Assembly: GCA_903858755.1 (NCBI GenBank)
Contig: CAIOKC010000019.1
Coordinates: forward strand, 1-41,339
Source of the DNA: an uncultured bacterium
GTDB lineage: Bacteria; Patescibacteriota; Minisyncoccia; Phycocordibacterales; UBA2100
DNA length: 41,339 nucleotides
Direction: 5' to 3'
The notes beneath the pieces were generated by a model. The model was not told the origin of the DNA, searched no databases, and saw nothing but the letters and a program-made list of their open reading frames with translations. Shown piece by piece: positions 36,770 to 41,339 of this stretch (within the stretch, counting starts at the first letter, position 1; each line of letters begins with the position of its first letter). The position numbers and the translations under genes were made by a program.

Positions 36770-38533
36770 CTATTGCGGAGAAGCGGGAGAGCCTTCTTCC
36801 GCCGTCGCGACGAGCGCCTCCGACGGCGCGGGCGATTCGCGCCAGAGCCGCCCGCGGATCGAGGCGGCGGTTTCGCGGTACTCTCTGTTTCCGAGGAGCG
36901 CGTACACGACGCCTCCCGCGATACTGCCGCAGATGCCTGCGGTGAATCCGCGCGCGAAGACTGAAAGCGTCGTCGATGAGAATCCGATAGGTCCCACGAG
37001 TATAAGCACTCCATACGCGACCGCCCCAGCAACGACGGCGGAGACCCCGCTCTCAACCCACGAGCGCCAGACTTTTGATATGAATCCCGCAAAACGGCGC
37101 TCGAAATGCGCGGTAAGCGCGATAGACCCGGCGATCGACACGAATGCGTACGCACAGGCGAGCACGAGCACGCGCGAACCGGGCACATCGGCGACACGCA
37201 AAAGATCCTCGGTCAGTCGGAGCGCGGTTTCGCTCTCGGATGCATTGATAAGAAGCGTGCCGAGCGCGAGCGTGCCGAGCGCAGCCCAGACGGACACGAA
37301 AAAAGGGACAAACGTGCGCCCGGCGGCGTAGTATCCGCGCACCAAGAGGAGCTGCAGACCCTGTGCCGCGAGCGAGATCGAGAAAAGCGCGAATGCCGCC
37401 GCCGTAAGGCGAGTATCGGTCCAGTCGAAGGCGCCGGAGCCTAAAACTACGCGTACGATGTGCGCGCGCAAGACGATCGCGAGCGCGAGTCCCGGCAATG
37501 ACCAGAAGAATACGTAGCGCGCGGCGGCGGCGATATGCTCGATGAAAAGCCCTCTCTCCCCTCGCGCAAGAGCGGAGGCAAGGGTCGGAAACGCGGCGAC
37601 CGAATACGATGCGCCGACGATCGAAAGCGGCACCGCTTGGAGATTGTATGCAAACATAAAAACCGCGATAGAGCCCGCCCCGAGAAGCCCCGCGAGCGAC
37701 GTCAGTCCGACGAAGGTGATCTGATTCATCGAGAGCGCAAGCGCTCTCGGGATAGACACTCCTGCGGTACGCGCGAGAGTCCGCATTCCCTCAAAGCGAG
37801 GAGTGCGGAAAAAGAAACCGTCGGCAATCATCGACGGCAATTGGATCGCCATGTGGAGGAACGCTCCGATGACGACGCCATAGGCAAGACCGACGATACC
37901 GAAGACAGGGTACAGAAAGAGAATCCCACAGATGATGCCCACATTGTACAGAAGCGGCGAGAGCGAATAGAGCATGTAGCGATGGCGGGATTGCGTGACC
38001 GACGCGAGAATATTGGAGAGTCCCAGCAGTATCGGCTGCGCGAGCATAATGCGCGTGAGCGTGATAAGGGTTGATTCTCCCGCCATGAGAGCGCCGAAGA
38101 GATGCGAGAGGATAGCCGGAGCGAAGAGCGCCGCGAGACCGGACACGACGACCGCGAGCGCGGAAAAGCCGACGAGAACCGTGTCGATGTAGTTCTTCTG
38201 TTCTTCCGAGGTTCGCCGCGCGAGTTCGGGTATGAGGACGTAGACGGAGACAAGCGCTCCCGTCGCGACGAAGAGAAAATCCGGTATGCGGAATGCCGCG
38301 TAGTACAGATCGAGGGTGTGCCCTGCGCCGAAAGAATGCGCGAGCAGCCTGTAGCGCAAGAGTGCGAGGAGCGACGAGAGCACCGCCGAGCTCGCGAGTA
38401 CATACACAGCAGCCTGAAGACCGCGGACTTCCGATGAGAGAAATCTGAAAGCGCGACCGGTCGCGACGATCCCGTTCTCCGCGGCTGCCGCGACCTCCTC
38501 CGTGCGACGCTTAAGAAAAGATGCGGCGCCCAT
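36770..38533 (-). CDS. murJ: lipid II flippase MurJ/MviN
   Basis: LSSLLALLRYRLLAHSFGAGHTLDLYYAAFRIPDFLF, 14 predicted helices, 587 aa. The start ATG is 1 nt after the upstream stop (TGAtATG). Confidence 0.9.
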   Translation of the reverse strand: MGAASFLKRRTEEVAAAAENGIVATGRAFRFLSSEVRGLQAAVYVLASSAVLSSLLALLRYRLLAHSFGAGHTLDLYYAAFRIPDFLFVATGALVSVYVLIPELARRTSEEQKNYIDTVLVGFSALAVVVSGLAALFAPAILSHLFGALMAGESTLITLTRIMLAQPILLGLSNILASVTQSRHRYMLYSLSPLLYNVGIICGILFLYPVFGIVGLAYGVVIGAFLHMAIQLPSMIADGFFFRTPRFEGMRTLARTAGVSIPRALALSMNQITFVGLTSLAGLLGAGSIAVFMFAYNLQAVPLSIVGASYSVAAFPTLASALARGERGLFIEHIAAAARYVFFWSLPGLALAIVLRAHIVRVVLGSGAFDWTDTRLTAAAFALFSISLAAQGLQLLLVRGYYAAGRTFVPFFVSVWAALGTLALGTLLINASESETALRLTEDLLRVADVPGSRVLVLACAYAFVSIAGSIALTAHFERRFAGFISKVWRSWVESGVSAVVAGAVAYGVLILVGPIGFSSTTLSVFARGFTAGICGSIAGGVVYALLGNREYRETAASIRGRLWRESPAPSEALVATAEEGSPASPQ

Positions 38534-38534
38534 A

Positions 38535-40835
38535 TCAGCGAGGAAAGGCAGAATCGATCGGCTTCCCGGCTTTGAACGTCGCGACGAGACCCTTCACGGA
38601 AGCGTCGTCAGGATTGAGGGCGGCGATGCGCTCAAGCGCACGCAAGGCATCTGCGCGCTTGCCGATTTTCTCGAAGCTCAGCGCTTGTACGAACAGTGCG
38701 TTTGCATAATCATCCTGAAGCTCGATTGCGCGAGCGAGCGCCTCGATCGCTTCTTCGTACGAGGAGGCGGCGTACCGCACCGCGCCGAGGTTATACCATG
38801 CAAGGGGGTCATCCGGCGCGCTCTTCACCACCGCTTCGGCGTCCGCCTTCGCGCGATCCATGTCGCCGGCGCGCGCGTGGATTTGAGAGCGGAGGTGAAG
38901 CGCCGAAGCAAGATCGGGCTTCAAGGCAAGAGCCTGATCAAGGAAATCAGTGGCTTCGTCGGACCTGCCTTCTGCGACGGCGAGCTGCGCGAGATTGACA
39001 AAAGGTGTCGGATTTTTCGGGTTCGCTTCGATCGCTTTCATGAATGCGTCGCGCGCGCCCTCGGAGGCGCCTTGCACGCCCGCACCCGCGAGATGCTGGT
39101 AGAGCTGTGCAAGGATTAGCCAATTCCGATAATTTCCCGGGTCAAGCGTGACAGCGGCGAGTCCGTGCCCGACCGTCTGCGACAGCGCGGCCTGCAACTG
39201 CACGCGCGCTTCACTCGAGCCGTCGCTTCGCGCGGCAAGTTCTTTCAGCTGCAGCAATCCCAGCTCAACGGCCGCGCGCTCCCCGCGATCATTCCGTGGA
39301 TACACGGCAAGCGCGAGGCGGACCGATGCGACCGCATCGGAGACATCCTGTGATTGGCTATACAAAAACGCGCCTCGCGTAATGAGCGCGTCCGAGGCGA
39401 CCGCCCGCAACGCTGTAATCGAGGCATACGCGCACACGCCGGCGACGGCAAGAAGCAGCGCGAGGCGCGAGGCGCCCCGCCAATCCTCCACAGACAAAGG
39501 CATCTGCAATGGAGCCGAGCGCGTGTTCGCTTGCGAAAGAGAGAGCAATCCGAGAAATACGAAGGTGAGCGAGGAAAGCGCGAGACCGGGAGCATACATG
39601 ACATGGAATGCCATCAGATACACGGAAGCGCCGGCAACGGCAAAGGAAAGACCGTGAAGCGGAAAGCTTGTGTCCCGCGTTCGCACGAGGGCGACGAATC
39701 TCAATAGCGCGAGAAATGCGAGAATCGCCCACGCAGCCGCTCCGACAAAGCCGACTGTCACGACGGACGTCGGTATTGCCCCGACCCCGCTCGCAAAATC
39801 CGCGTCCCAGAAGAGCGTGGAATTCACCTCCTCAGGCTTAAAGTGTCCCCATACGTGCGAGAACGTATTCGGACCGGATCCGAACAAGAGCGCGGGAGTG
39901 GTATCGAGCGCGCGTTCTCCCACCGCGAATGTCCCTTGCCACGATGGTCGGACTTCTGCCTGGACTATCTGAAATCGCGCGGGGAGATGATCGTAGACAA
40001 ACGCGCCCCCGCACCCGACCGCGAGCCCTGCGATGCCGAGCGCAATCCAGAGCCCGGCGCGCCGTAGGATCCCGCCTCTCCCCTCGTGCCGCGCACGGAC
40101 GATTCTGAGCTGGAAGAAAGCCGCGGTGAATGCAATCGCGGCGAGCGCGTACCAGACATCGGCCGAACGCGTACATATAAGAAGGAGCGCTACAAAGGAA
40201 AGCCCCCCGACCGCTCCCGTGAAGATCCTCCACCAAGAGTCAAAAACGCGAAACGCGAGCAGCGCGGAAGAGATGAACACGATGAGTCCCAGAAAGATCC
40301 CGAGATCGTGCAAGCTTCCGACGACAGAGAAGGCTCTCTCCGAAAGAGCGCCGAGCGCGCCCGCTTCGGGCAACAGCAGCAAAAGACTCTGGACCGCCGC
40401 CGCGGCAGATCCTATGTAGAGAGCGCGCAGCGATGCGGTAATCCCCCGGAATTGATTCGCGAATACGAGCGACGGAAGCACAAGAAGCGCGTAGAAGAGA
40501 ATGACGGCAACAAGCGTGTCCTGCTCTCCTCGCCCGCCGACAAACGAAGCGCTTCCCCCGTACAAGAACGCGGAGATAGCATACGCAATCGGAATCAGCG
40601 CCCCCGCAAGACCGATAAGACTCCTGGGGATTGAGAAATGTCCTTCGGAAATGCGCGCAGCAGTCCATGCGAGAGACGCGATGAGGACCGCGGTCGAAAT
40701 AATCGCCATCTTCGCCTGCGCGACAGCGACCCACGGCACCGGAACCACGAGGAACGGGAGCGCACCGATCGCAAGTACCAGCGCCCACCATGCGATCGGG
40801 TCTGCGAGGGCTCGTATATTGATGTTCCACACCAT
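38535..40835 (-). CDS. O-antigen ligase (Wzy_C)-like polytopic protein with C-terminal TPR domain
   Basis: Start set at MVWNINIRALADPIAWW. About 12 helices, then at least 5 TPR-like repeats (AFMKAIEANPKN, ALALKPDLASA, AVVKSAPDDPLAWYNLG, AIELQDDYANA, RIAALNPDD). Confidence 0.8.
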   Translation of the reverse strand: MVWNINIRALADPIAWWALVLAIGALPFLVVPVPWVAVAQAKMAIISTAVLIASLAWTAARISEGHFSIPRSLIGLAGALIPIAYAISAFLYGGSASFVGGRGEQDTLVAVILFYALLVLPSLVFANQFRGITASLRALYIGSAAAAVQSLLLLLPEAGALGALSERAFSVVGSLHDLGIFLGLIVFISSALLAFRVFDSWWRIFTGAVGGLSFVALLLICTRSADVWYALAAIAFTAAFFQLRIVRARHEGRGGILRRAGLWIALGIAGLAVGCGGAFVYDHLPARFQIVQAEVRPSWQGTFAVGERALDTTPALLFGSGPNTFSHVWGHFKPEEVNSTLFWDADFASGVGAIPTSVVTVGFVGAAAWAILAFLALLRFVALVRTRDTSFPLHGLSFAVAGASVYLMAFHVMYAPGLALSSLTFVFLGLLSLSQANTRSAPLQMPLSVEDWRGASRLALLLAVAGVCAYASITALRAVASDALITRGAFLYSQSQDVSDAVASVRLALAVYPRNDRGERAAVELGLLQLKELAARSDGSSEARVQLQAALSQTVGHGLAAVTLDPGNYRNWLILAQLYQHLAGAGVQGASEGARDAFMKAIEANPKNPTPFVNLAQLAVAEGRSDEATDFLDQALALKPDLASALHLRSQIHARAGDMDRAKADAEAVVKSAPDDPLAWYNLGAVRYAASSYEEAIEALARAIELQDDYANALFVQALSFEKIGKRADALRALERIAALNPDDASVKGLVATFKAGKPIDSAFPR

Positions 40836-40846
40836 AGATGCATGCC

Positions 40847-40855
40847 ATGGTAGCA
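40847..40855 (-). promoter_or_regulatory. extended -10 box TGcTACCAT for O-antigen-ligase/murJ operon
   Basis: Minus strand reads TGCTACCAT plus 11 nt plus ATG(40835). Confidence 0.4.
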
Positions 40856-40908
40856 CGATGCTCGCCCGCCCACAGACATTCGGATATGTGGAAGCGGGCG
40901 ATCTCGCT

Positions 40909-40937
40909 TTGTCTTGAGCGACGGATTGTGATATATT
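40909..40937 (+). promoter_or_regulatory. rnpB promoter
   Basis: TTGTCT (40909-40914), 17 nt, then TGaTATATT (40929-40937). The predicted TSS, about 7 nt downstream, coincides with the 5' strand of the P1 helix. Confidence 0.6.
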
Positions 40938-40943
40938 TTCTGC

Positions 40944-41273
40944 CTGCGTCAGACAACTGCTCGCGCGAAAGCGCTGAGAGGAAAGTCCGGACACGCACAT
41001 TGTTCTTCGATGTAGCAGGGTAGCGGGTAACGCCCGCCTGGGCGATCCAAGGGATGCGAACAGAAACGTCCGAGCTGAGAAGCAAGGACATCCGCAAGGA
41101 TGATTTCCGCAGAAACGCGGAGATGAAACGGCAAAATTCCTACCTGCGTGCAAGGTCGCGCCTCATGGGACACACCAATTGGATGTCTCATGGTGGAGAA
41201 CCGCTCGAGGTGAATGGCGACATTCATCCCAGATACATAGTTGTCCCCGACAGAATCCGGCTTATCGACGCAG
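40944..41273 (+). ncRNA. rnpB: RNase P RNA, bacterial type A
   Basis: GAGGAAAGTCCGGAC (CR-I), AGCAGGGTAGCGGGTAACGCCCGC, GATGAAACGGCA, ACAGAATCCGGCTTA (CR-V). P1 pairing CTGCGTC (40944-40950) with GACGCAG (41267-41273). Ends are approximate to within a few nt. Confidence 0.9.
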
Positions 41274-41283
41274 CGCAGCGAGC

Positions 41284-41312
41284 AACGCAAACGAGCGTTG
41301 CTCGTTTGCGTT
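41284..41312 (+). terminator. hairpin immediately after rnpB
   Basis: AACGCAAACGAGC GTT GCTCGTTTGCGTT 13-bp stem followed by TGAGC; weak U-tract. Confidence 0.5.
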
Positions 41313-41339
41313 TGAGCAAGCAAGTCGAGATGAGCGAAG

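Noticed and set aside
40836-41153. N-terminal 106-aa extension of the O-antigen-ligase ORF (and similar long 5' extensions at 74-1015, 2317-3384, 10606-11334, 25738-27525, 30271-31821, 8246-9130, 11679-12494)
   Set aside because: The extension overlaps rnpB and its promoter. In each case an internal ATG coincides with the start of the conserved domain or signal peptide and with a -10 box or a coupling signal.
1-41339. CRISPR arrays, IS elements, prophage genes, toxin-antitoxin pairs or known defence systems
   Set aside because: No regularly spaced direct repeats were seen. No transposase, integrase or Cas-like ORF is in the six-frame track. The only nuclease-like gene (31828-32403) is a lone DEDDy exonuclease coupled to hisS.

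Overview
GC-rich (about 55-65% by eye) bacterial chromosomal segment, densely coded on both strands. I call 43 protein genes, 3 tRNAs (Phe-GAA, Arg-CCU, Gly-CCC) and a type-A RNase P RNA. Housekeeping content: lepA, murJ, hisS, a dTMP-cycle cluster (folA / CYTH / dcd-thyA-glyA), an ABC-2 exporter pair, sugar-phosphate genes (ROK kinase plus cupin-type PGI, two HAD-IIB paralogues, a cytidylyltransferase), two glycosidases with a DMT transporter, a BdbC-type DsbB plus CPHC thioredoxin pair, a VIT1 transporter, a DedA protein and an FtsB-like protein. The accessory content suggests a reduced, possibly Patescibacteria/CPR-like organism (inference only): SWIB and SET domain proteins, DUF378, an animal-type PAICS fusion, an O-antigen-ligase/TPR protein, an LCAT-like secreted lipase, a CAP-domain protein and an 895-aa HYR/Ig surface protein. 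I saw no transposase, integrase, CRISPR array, phage gene or classical defence gene. Main observations: (1) about 23 transcription-unit-initial genes and rnpB carry a TAnnnT (often TGnTAnnnT) -10 box 6-8 nt (a few 9-11) from the start codon with no Shine-Dalgarno, which points to pervasive leaderless mRNAs and very compact divergent promoters. (2) Two near-identical AT-rich palindromes, 44 bp perfect at 32421 and 38 bp at 17553, lie in intergenic DNA. (3) Two hairpins of identical architecture with covarying stems and the same CGACCG centre flank the CAP plus HYR surface-protein unit. (4) A secreted-lipase / coupled 4-TM protein / CAP / giant adhesin block is a candidate host- or cell-surface interaction module, and part of it has atypically low GC. 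Every functional call rests on motif recognition by eye; no database search was run.
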